A stretch of 59,637 nt of DNA, the filler included. It is 8 parts of 8 records of this genome, joined end to end, with 100 filler letters (N's around TTAATTAATTAA, not from the genome) between each part and the next. Parts side by side here need not be neighbours in the genome. Positions count along the whole stretch, not along the records: positions 1 to 14,040 come from SRR31147125_61497; 7 more parts are not named here. One strand, 5' to 3'. Positions within the stretch are counted from its first letter, which is position 1, and each line of letters opens with the position of its first letter. The notes under the pieces are model-generated. The model had not been told where the DNA came from. It did no database searches and saw only the letters and a list, made by a program, of their open reading frames with translations. Shown in pieces: positions 1-11,400 of the stretch. Both the position numbers and the translations under genes were made by a program.

Positions 1-121
1 TTTTTTATGTCACCCCCAATCTTTAACTTTCTTATTTCATAGTTGGACTATCTTATTCCCACTAACTCTTCACGCCCTATTAATGGTTTTATTTGCCCCC
101 CTCAACCATATGGATTTTTGC

Positions 122-129
122 TAAATTTG
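122..129 (+). promoter_or_regulatory. Bacteroidota sigma-A -7 element (TAnnTTTG)
   Basis: TAAATTTG 27 nt before the ATG at 156; supports 156 rather than the TTG at 93 as start. No well-spaced -33 element seen. Confidence 0.4.
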
Positions 130-155
130 TTGTGTACAAAAACCAAAAACTTATC

Positions 156-1325
156 ATGCTAAACAACAAAAAATCGTTTGGACTTTCTTCTAACTACAAA
201 GTCCTTTTCTTTTTAACATTTTCGATATTAATACAATTGGGATGTAGCCAACAGGAACCGGAACCAATTAAAGCATTCTGCCTGGATGTAAACTGGCGTG
301 CTACCGCTGATACCACCAAAAATAAAATTAACAACTTCGCACCTCCGGGAGCCTGGTCCGACCTCAATCCGGCGGAACATGTTCAATGGTGCAAAGAATT
401 GGGGGTAAACGTTATTCAAACATTTGCCGTTTCGTGCAATGGTTATGCGTGGTACAAAGGAGGAAATATTCCGGAACAGCCGGAACTTAAAAACGACTTT
501 TTAACTGAAATGGTGCGTTTGGGGCATCAGGAAAATATGAAAGTATTTGGTTATTACTGTGTTGGCTCAAACACACGCTGGGGACTGGAGAACCCGGAAC
601 TTAGCTACGACACACCATCTTACCCACACATTCCGTATACCAAAGAATACATCGATTTTTTGTGTGCATCAATAAAAGAAGCCATTGAAATCACCGACAT
701 GGATGGTTTTATGATAGACTGGTTTTGGAATCCGACAGTAGGTTTGGGTGAAAATGGTGCTTGGGGACGTCAGCAACGTTGGTTAGAATGCGAGCAACAA
801 ATGTTTACCGAGCTTATGTGCGAAAAATTTCCGGGAAAAGAAAATATTACCGATGAAATTCAACTGGAATATAACCGGCGTGCAATAGACAGATGCTGGC
901 AAGCAATAAAAACAACAGCAAAAACGACAAAACCAGAATGCACCATTTGGCTTTCGTGCTCCATTCTTGATCATCCGGAAATGATTGATCATCCTCTGAT
1001 AAAAGAGGTAGACTGGCTACAAAACGAAGCTGGAGATAAAGAAACATTAGATGCAATCAAACCATATATTGGAGAAAATACCCGTTTAATAACTACTTTC
1101 AGTCAAAACTTTTTCACACGCAATAACTTAAAAGGTGAAGATGTAGCTGCGTATGCCTTAAAAGAAAATATTGGTTTATATTGCTATGCCTCTCCTGGCG
1201 ATTACAGCTATTCCTTTCCTCCTGTTGAAGATTTTCTGAATACTCATTTAGATTCATTCCCTAATTTAGATGCCCGTAATATTGGTGTGTTAGCAAGGGT
1301 ATTTAATGATTTGCCTTTAGATTAA
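156..1325 (+). CDS. Putative lipoprotein glycoside hydrolase, GH29/GH151(GHL6)-like TIM barrel
   Basis: Lipobox-like LIQLG-C. The segment [30 protein letters not shown]...[21 protein letters not shown] and DGFMIDW parallel the strand/helix pattern and nucleophile motif of fucosidase-like barrels. Confidence 0.6.
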   Translation: MLNNKKSFGLSSNYKVLFFLTFSILIQLGCSQQEPEPIKAFCLDVNWRATADTTKNKINNFAPPGAWSDLNPAEHVQWCKELGVNVIQTFAVSCNGYAWYKGGNIPEQPELKNDFLTEMVRLGHQENMKVFGYYCVGSNTRWGLENPELSYDTPSYPHIPYTKEYIDFLCASIKEAIEITDMDGFMIDWFWNPTVGLGENGAWGRQQRWLECEQQMFTELMCEKFPGKENITDEIQLEYNRRAIDRCWQAIKTTAKTTKPECTIWLSCSILDHPEMIDHPLIKEVDWLQNEAGDKETLDAIKPYIGENTRLITTFSQNFFTRNNLKGEDVAAYALKENIGLYCYASPGDYSYSFPPVEDFLNTHLDSFPNLDARNIGVLARVFNDLPLD

Positions 1326-1440
1326 CCGCCATGAAGCGTATAAATAAAGGAACATCAATTATTTGTAATACGATCAAGACAAAGGAAGATTATTACCTTT
1401 GGATTGATTCGCTTTAACACCTTATTTATCCAATTAAAGA

Positions 1441-1893
1441 ATGCATAAAATAATAATTATAGGAACCGAACCTCCCTGCCCGAGATGCGGACTTTTAACT
1501 CATGTTATAAAATCGAAAGCAAAAGAACTTCATATTCAGGCTGAAATTGAACACTGGAGTTTTACTAATGAAAAGTCGAAAACTTATGCTGCCAAAATAG
1601 GACTTGAACCGGGAACTGCCAAAGATGTTGCAGCCAAAACCGGAATTGAAATTAACAAGGCTCAGCTTGCAAAAATTATGCAAAATCACGTTAAGGATGA
1701 AAACAATGAATTCTATTCATACAACAATTATAAATGGTCGCCCGAACTGGACGAATTTCTAAAACCACTTGAAGAAAAAGCAAAAGATGCCGGTATATTA
1801 ATGACTCCGGTTTTAATTATTAACGGGGAAGTAAAACATGCTGGGAGTGTGCCGGCGTTGGAGAAAACTTGTGGTTGGCTAAATGTTTTGTAA
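1441..1893 (+). CDS. Thioredoxin-family (MTH895/Thioredoxin_3-like) redox protein with internal insertion
   Basis: N-terminal IIIIGTEPPCPRC (CxxC) and C-terminal GILMTPVLIINGEVKHAGSVP (cis-Pro motif). Confidence 0.75.
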   Translation: MHKIIIIGTEPPCPRCGLLTHVIKSKAKELHIQAEIEHWSFTNEKSKTYAAKIGLEPGTAKDVAAKTGIEINKAQLAKIMQNHVKDENNEFYSYNNYKWSPELDEFLKPLEEKAKDAGILMTPVLIINGEVKHAGSVPALEKTCGWLNVL

Positions 1894-1919
1894 GCTAAAG
1901 AAGCTTTTAATTAGTACTA

Positions 1920-3509
1920 CTAAATCGACGCCAAATAATTCCCCAAACTATCTTCACGTTTCAGTTTTAGTTTTGTACGAATGCGCGAACGCGCCATGTG
2001 TACACTGTTAATTGAAATCCCCAACAGATGCGACATTTCTTTACAATCGAAATTCAGTTTTATCAGGGCACAGTGTTTTAAATCGGTTGGTGTCAGATCG
2101 GGATGCAGCTCAAGCAGGCGCTTGTAAAAAATATCGTTTGTTTGGGTAAAACGCAGGTGAAAATCTTCCCATATTTTTTTGTTGCTCTGTTTATATTTTC
2201 GCCGTAACGATTTGTAGACCTCCGGCGATTTTTCAAGAATAGTATCCAGCAGTTCTTTTACTGCCTGTTCTTTTTCAATAATTTGCAAGGCATTGGCCGT
2301 TAACTCCTTGTTTTTCACTCCCACAATCGTCTCATTTTTTTCATCGTTTAGCTTTTTCTCGAAAGAAATCCTTTTCATTTTCACACGCAGCCTAAATGCA
2401 AAAAATGCAATACCCGTTAATAACACAAAAATTGCAATTAACAATTTCAAACGCAACTTGGCCTTCTGGCTCAGATTTAACATTTCGCTTTGTACTGCAA
2501 GTTGTTCCTCCTGCTTGGCCAAGTCTTCTTTGTATCGGTTTTTAATTTCGAAAAGTGCCTTATTTTGTTTGCTTTGGGTATTAAATAAACTGTCGGACAG
2601 CAACTTTGCCTCCTGCATAAGCAAAAATGCTTTTTGCGATTTATTTACCTTGAAATATTCTTTTGCAAGTTCCTCCAACACAATGGGCTTCAATTTCAAA
2701 TTATTTTGAAGCGAATCGATTGCAGTAAGCGATTTCTGATAATAAAAAATAGCACTACCGCTTTTGTTTTGTGCCGAGTTTAAGTTTCCCAGAAAATAAT
2801 ACACAGAGGTTTGAAATCCATTTCCTCGTTGGATTAAAAACGGAATTACTCCATCAAGATATTTCTGCGCATTTTCGTAATCGCCAAGTGCAAGGTAAAC
2901 CTGACCGAAAACTCCGTCAACAAAAAACAATCGTTTTCCAGAGTTATCCGAGATATAACAGGAATCCAAATAACGTAATGCAGAACTGTAATCGTCCATG
3001 GCGACATATTGGATGGCTACATCTAAATAACAGGAAGTCAGGCGCCCCCGGTACAAACTATCTTGTTTTGCATATTTTTTTGCAATTTCCAGGCCGGCCT
3101 TTGTATGATTTAAAGCAATGTTGTCTTTTCTGTACACCGCATAAAGTATTCCCAGCATTTGATGAAACTCCAGCAAAGGCCTTTTGTTTGAAAGCAGAGA
3201 GGCCATAGGCAAAGCATCGAACAACAAATCGAAAGCACTGTTAAATTGCCCCTTTCGGTGTTCAATATCAGAAAGATGAACAATACAAAATAAGTGATGT
3301 ACAGAATCGCCTTTATTTTTAAAATATTCAGCGCCATTTCTAAAATAATCAGTTGCCTGTTCCGCATTACGCTGCACCATCAACTTACGCTCTTTATTAA
3401 ACCTTTCGATGTTATAAACCGAAGAATCAATTGCATTTTGAGAATCAGCAATAAATGGCACATTCACCAAAAGAAAAAATACAAAATAAAAATAATGGTA
3501 AAAACACAT
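1920..3509 (-). CDS. Membrane-anchored TPR sensor with C-terminal LuxR-type HTH
   Basis: Signal peptide, TPR-like helices, TM helix (LLIAIFVLLTGIAFFAF), C-terminal HPDLTPTDLKHCALIKLNFDCKEMSHLLGISINSVHMARSRIRTKL typical of Bacteroidota regulators. Confidence 0.85.
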   Translation of the reverse strand: MCFYHYFYFVFFLLVNVPFIADSQNAIDSSVYNIERFNKERKLMVQRNAEQATDYFRNGAEYFKNKGDSVHHLFCIVHLSDIEHRKGQFNSAFDLLFDALPMASLLSNKRPLLEFHQMLGILYAVYRKDNIALNHTKAGLEIAKKYAKQDSLYRGRLTSCYLDVAIQYVAMDDYSSALRYLDSCYISDNSGKRLFFVDGVFGQVYLALGDYENAQKYLDGVIPFLIQRGNGFQTSVYYFLGNLNSAQNKSGSAIFYYQKSLTAIDSLQNNLKLKPIVLEELAKEYFKVNKSQKAFLLMQEAKLLSDSLFNTQSKQNKALFEIKNRYKEDLAKQEEQLAVQSEMLNLSQKAKLRLKLLIAIFVLLTGIAFFAFRLRVKMKRISFEKKLNDEKNETIVGVKNKELTANALQIIEKEQAVKELLDTILEKSPEVYKSLRRKYKQSNKKIWEDFHLRFTQTNDIFYKRLLELHPDLTPTDLKHCALIKLNFDCKEMSHLLGISINSVHMARSRIRTKLKLKREDSLGNYLASI

Positions 3510-3553
3510 AGTCAGTTTTTAATTGAATACAAGATAAACAAAATGTTAGCGAA

Positions 3554-3757
3554 ATATAGTTTCTGTTAGAGGTAAAAACAGAAAGATATAGTTATAATAT
3601 AGTTGATTTTTCTTTCACAAGGTCTCCTCTTTGTATTTTTGAACAACTGTTATTCAATGCTTTATCATCAATTTACAAAACCACACTGCAAACTAAGCAA
3701 GGCAGCAATTAAGCAGTAAAATATAATGCCAATATTGTAAAAAATATAGTTGATTTT
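3554..3757. repeat. Intergenic direct repeats ATATAGTT x4, including two exact AATATAGTTGATTTT copies
   Basis: ATATAGTT at 3554, 3586, 3597 and 3744; 15-mer at 3596-3610 and 3743-3757; lies between the divergent regulator and GH29 genes. Confidence 0.6.
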
Positions 3758-3794
3758 AAAAGAATAATTTTTCAATATCTAACTAATAATAATC

Positions 3795-6045
3795 ATGAAA
3801 CCATTGTTATCGTTTACCTGTTTACTTTTCCTATTTCTATCGTGTAATAAACCAACAGAAAAATTTGAACCTTCTGTTGAATCGTTACAACACTACGAAA
3901 CACCCGAATGGTTTAACGAAGCCAAATTCGGAATTTGGGTATGCTGGAATGCCTACACCGTTCCGGCAGTTGGCGATTGGTATGCCCGCAATATGTATAT
4001 AGAAGGACATCCACATTATAAATACCATGTAGAAAATTATGGTCACCCCTCGGAAGTGGGTTACAAAGACGTTGTTGAAATGTGGAAAGGGGAAAATTTT
4101 AATGCCCGGGAACTGGTTGATTTGTTTGTTGATATTGGTGCCAAATACATTGTGGGCATGGCTAACCATCACGACAATTTTGATTTATGGAATTCGAAAT
4201 ACCACTCATGGAACTCGGCAAACCATGGTCCACAGCGCGATATTATGGGCGAGTTTTACGAAGCAGTTCGAAAATACGAAGACCAGGGAATTCGTTGGGG
4301 AGTTACCAGCCATGTTGAGCGTGCATCGTGTTGGTTTCAAACAAATAAAGGAGCAGACAAAACGGGGCCTTTCAAAGGAATCCCTTACGATGGCAACGAT
4401 AAAAAATACGAAGAATTCTATTTACCGCCCGCCCCCGATAGCGATGTAAAACCAACGCAGCCATCTAACGCTCCCGATTACTGGAAAGAAAACTGGCTGG
4501 CACGTTGCAAAGATTTGTTTGATAACTACGATCCCGATTTCTTTTACGTTGATGGCGGTGTGCCTTTCCCCGGTGACGACAAAGGACAAACCGGTTTGGA
4601 AATGATTTCGTACTTATACAACCAAAATATGGAGCGCCACGGTGGCAAAAACGAAGCCGTAATGTGTATAAAAGACTGGTACAAAAAAGCCCCAAAAGGT
4701 GAATGGGGATATTACTGGGATGGCATTGCAACGCTAAACCTTGAGCGCGCCCGCTTGCCTCAAATCCGCAAAAAGCCATGGCAAACCGATACTTCTATTG
4801 GCGACTGGACTTATGTTAGAGGCGGTACCTACCGACCTGCAAAAGAAATTATTCATGAGCTAATCGATATTGTTTCGAAAAACGGAAATATGCTGCTGAA
4901 CGTTAGCCCCAAACCCGATGGCACATTGGATGAAGCTGCCTACAACTTGTTAAAAGAGATTGGCGCCTGGATGAAAATAAACGGCGAATCGATTTATGGA
5001 ACAAAGCCATGGCTCACCAGCGGAGTTGGGCAACAAAGGCTGGTTACAAAAGGGGAAAACCTAATGTACTTAAGTTTGATGGAAATTCCAGAAAACAATA
5101 AAATTCATGTCCCCTACTTCGCTCCAATAACAGGGAAATCGCTGGGTATTTCGTCCATTTCAATTTTAGGGCATGAAAAAAACTGTTGCATGGGAATCGA
5201 ATGAAGACGGACTTTTTCTGGAAATTCCAGAAAATATAAAAAGTAAACATGCACTGGTTTTCAAAATTCTGGGAGATAGTTTTAAGAATTTCGATAAAAA
5301 AAACATTGACGAAATATTCGACCGCAGCGAGGAATTAACAGAATGGTACAACAATCAGGAAATTACAAAAGCTGAAACTGATTATATAAACGTAAGCACG
5401 GATTTCCAAAATCGTATTTGGGCCATTAAAGCCGACAATTCGTTGGTTGAATTGAAAGAGGGCAAAGAAATACCGCTGAATATTAAAGCCATAGATGTGG
5501 GAGCAAGTGCAAACGGATTAGTTTATATTGCAATGGATAGAAGTGTAAATCTACACACTTTCCATAATCTGGAATGGGTTGATTTGCCAGATGCATTGCA
5601 TACCGGCACCGATGGAAAAAAATGGATAAAACTACCAGGCATAAAAGCCAAATGCTGCGACATTAGTCAAACAGGAATGGTTTGGATTACCAACGAAAAT
5701 GGCATCGTAAATTATTACAACGATTTGGTGTGGAAACCTCTGGACAAAAAAGCCCAAGACATTGCCTGCGGAGGTGGCTGGGTTGGTTGTATAGCAGCCA
5801 TTAGCAATGGACAGCTCGAACGCTTCGATGGCACACACTGGACGAACCTTGGTGGTGAAAACTTTAAAGTCTTAGATATTTCCATTAAAGAAGAGGTAAT
5901 TGTAACACTTGATAAAACAGGAAAAGTTTCACTTTTCGACAGGATGGGAACGGTTAAGCTTAATACGAATGAAACTTATCAGGATGTGAGTTGTGGACTC
6001 AGCAATCAAAAAGAGACAATTATTCTCTCAAAATCAAACAAATAA
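3795..6045 (+). CDS. GH29 (alpha-L-fucosidase family) lipoprotein with C-terminal tectonin-like beta-propeller; split by one frameshift
   Basis: ETPEWFNEAKFGIW, DWYARNMY, NHHDNFDLW, YVDG, DIVSKNGNMLLNV motifs. ORFs 3795-5204 and 5173-6045 join if the A7 run at 5176-5182 is A6, giving a protein collinear with the paralogue at 6058-8340. Confidence 0.85.
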
Positions 6046-6057
6046 ACGCCATAAACT

Positions 6058-8340
6058 ATGCTTTCAAGAATCAATCAGTTAATCGTTGTATTTTGGGTAA
6101 TCCTATTTATTGGATGTACTCCAAAACAGGGTACTAAAAACCACGAAAAGTTCGAGGCTAATGTTGAGTCGATGCAACAGTACGAAACGCCCGAATGGTT
6201 TACCGATGCCAAATTCGGAATATGGATTTGCTGGAATGCATACACCGTTCCGGCTGTCGGCGATTGGTATGCACGCCGTATGTACGAAGAAGGGCACCCC
6301 CACTATAATTATCACGTTGAAAATTATGGGCACCCTTCAGAATTTGGTTACAAAGACATTGTTCAAATGTGGAAGGGAGAAAAATTTAATGCCCAGGAAC
6401 TGGTTGATTTATTTGTAGAAACCGGCGCAAAATACATTGTAACAATGGCCAACCATCACGATAATTTTGATTTGTGGAACTCGAAATACCACAAATGGAA
6501 CTCGGTGAATTATGGCCCCGGACGTGACATTGTTGGCGAAATGTATGCGGCCGTAAAAAAATACGAAGACCAAGGAATTCGTTGGGGAATTACCAGCCAT
6601 CTGGAACGTACCTGGAGCTGGTTCCAGACCAATAAAGGTGCAGACAAAGATGGCTCTTACGTAGGAATTCCTTATGATGGGAACGACTCAACCTATTGGG
6701 ATTTTTATCTTCCGCCCGACCCCAATGGCGATTCAAAACCAACGCAGCCGGAAAATGCTCCTGAACAATGGCGGCAAGAATGGCTGGCACGATGTAAAGA
6801 TTTAATAGAGAATTACGACCCCGATTTATTTTATGTGGATGGCGGCGTGCCATTCCCCGGTGACGACAAAGGGCAAACGGGCTTAGAAATGATTACGTAC
6901 CTGTACAACCAAAGCATAGACAGGCACAATGGCAGCAACGAAGCTGTTATGTGCATAAAAGACTGGACAAAACGTATGCCCAGTGGCGAGTGGGGCTATT
7001 ATTGGGATGGCATTGCTACGCTCGATTTGGAACGCACCCGCCTACCAAAAATTAGGAAAGAGCCCTGGCAAACCGATACCTCTATTGGCCCCTGGACTTA
7101 TGTAAAGGGCGCAAAATATCGGTCAGCCACCGATATTATTCACGAACTAATAGACATTGTTTCGAAAAACGGAAATATGCTGTTGAATGTTAGCCCAATG
7201 GCCGATGGTTCTTTAGATAAAAAAGCATACAATCTTTTGAAAGAAATTGGAGCATGGATGAAAATAAATGGCGAATCAATTTACGGTACGCAACATTGGA
7301 AAATTCCCGGGAACACATCTCAACGCATCGTAAAAAAAGGAGATAATACTTTATACCTAAGCGTACTCGAAGCACCGAAGGATAAAATAGTAGCAGTTCC
7401 ATATCTCGCGCCTAAAAAAGGCTCTTCACTTGGCATCAAGTCAGTTTCATTACCAGGCAGCAAAGTTGAGTTGAAATGGAAATCAACGGAACAAGGTTTA
7501 CTTTTAGAGCTACCTGCAGATATCACATTTAACCATGCACTCGTTTTCAAAATTGAAGGCGAAAATTTGAACAATTACAACGAAGGCCTTTTAAGTGAAG
7601 TCAACAATCGAAGTGACGAATTAAAAGTTTGGTGGGATACACAGCGTGTAACTGAAACTCCGGCAGGATACAAACGCGTGGCAAACGACGGACAAAACAG
7701 AGTTTGGGCCATTAAGCAAAATAATGATTTGGTACAACTAAAGGATGGCAAGGAAGTTCCGGTGGGAATAAAAGCACAAGATGTGGGTGCAAGTCCGGCT
7801 GGTATTATTATAGCCGATTTAGATGGGAATATCCTTATAAATAAGCATTGGAAAATTTGGTGGATAGAGTTACCCGATTCCAATAAAACGGCACACAACT
7901 CCGTAGATAAAAAATCGTGGATTCAACTGAATGGCATAAAAGCAAAACGTTGCGATTTAGGACGAAGTGGTGGCGTTTGGGTGATAACTGAAAACGACAA
8001 AGTAGCCTACTACTCGGTAAACAAATGGCGAATTCTTGATAAAAAAGCTGAAGATATTGGATGTGGATGGCCGGCGCAAATTGCAGTAATTGCAAACGGT
8101 CAGCTGGAAAAATTCGAAGGTAGCAAGTGGGAAAACCTTGGCGGTATCGACCTTACCTCTGTCGATATTTCCATAAGAAACGACGTTGTAATTACGCTCG
8201 ATAAAAAAGGGAAACTTGCAGCGCACGATGGTTTAGGGTGGTATTCAATTGATATGGATAATACATTTATTGATGTTTCTTGTGGACTAAAAAATGATGA
8301 TGAAACGGTAGCATTTATTTCGAGCAAGAGGAAGAATTAA
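6058..8340 (+). CDS. GH29 (alpha-L-fucosidase family) lipoprotein with C-terminal tectonin-like beta-propeller
   Basis: Lipobox ILFIG-C; same GH29 motifs as the upstream paralogue; C-terminal repeats of the type WxxLxGxxAxxxDxGxxGxVWxxxxxxxV. Confidence 0.9.
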   Translation: MLSRINQLIVVFWVILFIGCTPKQGTKNHEKFEANVESMQQYETPEWFTDAKFGIWICWNAYTVPAVGDWYARRMYEEGHPHYNYHVENYGHPSEFGYKDIVQMWKGEKFNAQELVDLFVETGAKYIVTMANHHDNFDLWNSKYHKWNSVNYGPGRDIVGEMYAAVKKYEDQGIRWGITSHLERTWSWFQTNKGADKDGSYVGIPYDGNDSTYWDFYLPPDPNGDSKPTQPENAPEQWRQEWLARCKDLIENYDPDLFYVDGGVPFPGDDKGQTGLEMITYLYNQSIDRHNGSNEAVMCIKDWTKRMPSGEWGYYWDGIATLDLERTRLPKIRKEPWQTDTSIGPWTYVKGAKYRSATDIIHELIDIVSKNGNMLLNVSPMADGSLDKKAYNLLKEIGAWMKINGESIYGTQHWKIPGNTSQRIVKKGDNTLYLSVLEAPKDKIVAVPYLAPKKGSSLGIKSVSLPGSKVELKWKSTEQGLLLELPADITFNHALVFKIEGENLNNYNEGLLSEVNNRSDELKVWWDTQRVTETPAGYKRVANDGQNRVWAIKQNNDLVQLKDGKEVPVGIKAQDVGASPAGIIIADLDGNILINKHWKIWWIELPDSNKTAHNSVDKKSWIQLNGIKAKRCDLGRSGGVWVITENDKVAYYSVNKWRILDKKAEDIGCGWPAQIAVIANGQLEKFEGSKWENLGGIDLTSVDISIRNDVVITLDKKGKLAAHDGLGWYSIDMDNTFIDVSCGLKNDDETVAFISSKRKN

Positions 8341-8406
8341 ACAACGTAAGAGAAAAATTTGTTATGAGAAAAGAACAGTAAAAAAAATCAGGGATATAGA
8401 CTGTAA

Positions 8407-11400
8407 TTATTTATACTGCTTCCCAAACTCCGAAGGGCTCATTTCAAATTTTTCTTTGAAACGTTTACGGAAGGTTCGGATGTCGTTATACCCTACTTCC
8501 CAGGCAACTTCCGAAACATTTAATTTGTTTTGTTTCAACAATTCGGCAGCGTGTTTTAGTTTAATATTTCGCACAAACTCAATGGTGGTTTCGCCGGTTA
8601 GTGCTTTAATCTTCCGATTCAGGTAAATGCGAGAAACACCGTAATCAGCTGCCAGCTGCTCCACCGAATAATCCGACTCTGAAAGGTTGGCTTCAATAAA
8701 GCCTAAAATCTTTTTAAGGAATTTTGAATCGGCTGGCGTGTTCGAAATAATTTTTGGATTTATCTCAATTTCCTTTTGAAAACGCTTACGAAGCTGCTCG
8801 CGGTTTACCACCAGCGATTTCACCCGCGACGTTAACACATCGATATTAAAAGGTTTTGCCACATAACCATCGGCGCCAAATTCGTAACCTTCAATAATAG
8901 TATCGTCGGTATTTTTTGCAGTTAACAACATCACCGGAATATGGCTCGTTTCCTCACTCTCTTTTAACCGTTTGCACAATTCCAGACCATCCATTTTTGG
9001 CATCATTACATCGGTAACAACAATGTCGGGTTGTTTATCCTTACAAATTTTCAACCCGGCAATTCCATCTTCAGCTTCATAAATACGATATTCGTTTCTG
9101 AATATATTTTTTATCTGCTTGCGCAAATCGAAGTTGTCTTCCACAATCAACATTTTTGGCAAATTCTGAGTATCAATCTTTTGTTCTTCTTCCGAAGATT
9201 CTGCCTTTGGCGATTGGTATTTAGGAGCTGCCAGCGAACTCAATTCCTGCGTTTCAACCATCATTCCCGATGTAAAATGGGCATTCCCCATCCTTAGTTT
9301 TACAAAAAATACAGTTCCCTCATCCACATTCGGATAAAAGCCAATTTCGCCCTGGTGTAAATCGACAAAACCTTTGGCAAGTGCCAGCCCAATTCCTGTT
9401 CCACTTATATTTCGGGTTTTCTTATTATCAGATTGGTAGTAACGTTCAAAAATATGTATTTCCTCATCTTCAGCAATCCCAATTCCGGTGTCGCTAACCT
9501 TAATAACAAACTGGTTCGATTCTAAATCAGCTTCAATCTTCATAACAATCCTGCCATTTTCATTGGTATATTTAAAGGCATTAGAAAGAAGATTGTAAAT
9601 CACCTTTTCCATTTTGTCCACATCAATCCAAATTTCGTCGCCACCTTTGTAGGGGTAAAAATTATAGGTAATATTTTTCTGTTTTGCCAGCACCTCGAAA
9701 GCATGATAAATATTTTCGAGGAATTCGTTTAAATTCTGTCTCGAAGGTTTTAATTGCAACTTATTTTGGTCGAGTTTTCTGAAATCGAGCAGCTGAGTTA
9801 CCAACCTCATCATTAAGCCAACATTGTGTTTTATGAGGTTCAAATTATATTGCTGATTTTTTGAATAGTATGTTTCCCCTTCTTTTATAAGTTGCTCGAG
9901 TGGGGTGCTTATTAACGAAAGCGGAGTACGGAATTCGTGCGAGATATTGGTAAAAAATTGCAGTTTCAACCTGGAAATCTCCTCTACCCTTTCGCGCTCA
10001 ATGTTGGCCAGCATTACATCGCGCCGACGTTGCGTAATTTCTTTTACGATACGCGCAATTAATACCACCAAAATAATCAATAAAATGCCATAAATAGTAA
10101 TAGCCAACGGGCTTCGATACTTTGGAGGTTTTATACTAATTTTCAATTCTAACGGCTCGTCAATCCACAGATTTTCGCTATTGGCTCCCATTACTTTAAA
10201 GGTATATTCGCCATCGGGGACGTTGGTATATTTTGCCAGGCGATAATCGGGCGAGGCTTTGTACCATTCCTTATCGAAACCTTCGAGAATGTAGCGGTAA
10301 TTATTTTTTTGTGGCGAATTGTACTGAATGCCCACAAAACCGATGGAAAAACTATTGTGGATGTAATCGAGTGTAATAGATTTTGTGTATTCAATGGTTT
10401 TATCTAAAATCTGTTTGCCATCAACCAAATCGCCACGCCTTACGTCTTTATTCAGAATCAGGAAATCGGTAAAGTACAGTTTTGGCTCTACCTTATCTTC
10501 CTGTAAATGTTGACTTTGAAAAACATTAAAGCCATTTATTCCTCCCAAAACGATGTCGCCATTCTTTCTTTTAATTCCACAAATTTCGCTAAAAACAAGG
10601 TCTTGCACCCCATCTTCCAAATCGTAATTAATAATATTTCCATCATTCGGATTATATTTGGTAACGCCCTTATTACTGGCCAGCCACAAAAAACCATCGT
10701 TATCTTCTACAATCGATTTTATGGTATTGTTAGGCAAACCTTCATTGCCGGTAATTGTGGAAAAAGAATAGTTGCCGTTAACTGATTCGGTACATTTTAT
10801 CAATCCTCCACCCATGGTTCCAATCCAGATTATTCCGTTTCGAGCTTCCATTATTTGCAGAATATAATCGTGGCTTAAATGCTCTGCTCCTTCACCAATA
10901 GAAAATTGCCCGAAAACAGGATTCTCTTTTAACGATTCTCTTTTCGACAAATGATTTAGCCCCTTGTCGGTTCCAATCCAAATATTGCCTTTGCTGTCTT
11001 TAAAAATACTTCTGATAATGTATGATAACACTCGCGAACCATTTTGTGGAATAAAATTTTTCGTTTTCAGAATATTGCCATCATCGCCGAGCGATAAACG
11101 CCACAAACCATTACCGTAAGTCCCAATCCACAACACCGAATCATCCTGGTTTTCCAAGGCAAAAACATGGCCGATATTGACAAGTTCCGAAGGCAAAGTA
11201 AGCTCCCCGAAAGTTGCAGGATTAAAAGCCGCCAGGTATTTCGGATGGCTGGTTCCGGTCCAAATTAAACTTTTATGATTGCGCGAAGCCGGAGTTAAAG
11301 TCTCTTCCACTGCATAAACCCGGTCTTCGCTACCGTACGAGTTAACCACAACCGGTATGAAACCGTCGGCATAATTTCGCCCGTTAGGCAACACATTAGC

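Noticed and set aside
5176-5182. Programmed frameshift or phase variation at the A7 run in the first GH29 gene
   Set aside because: Similar single-base indels interrupt many conserved genes on most contigs, so sequencing error is the simpler explanation.
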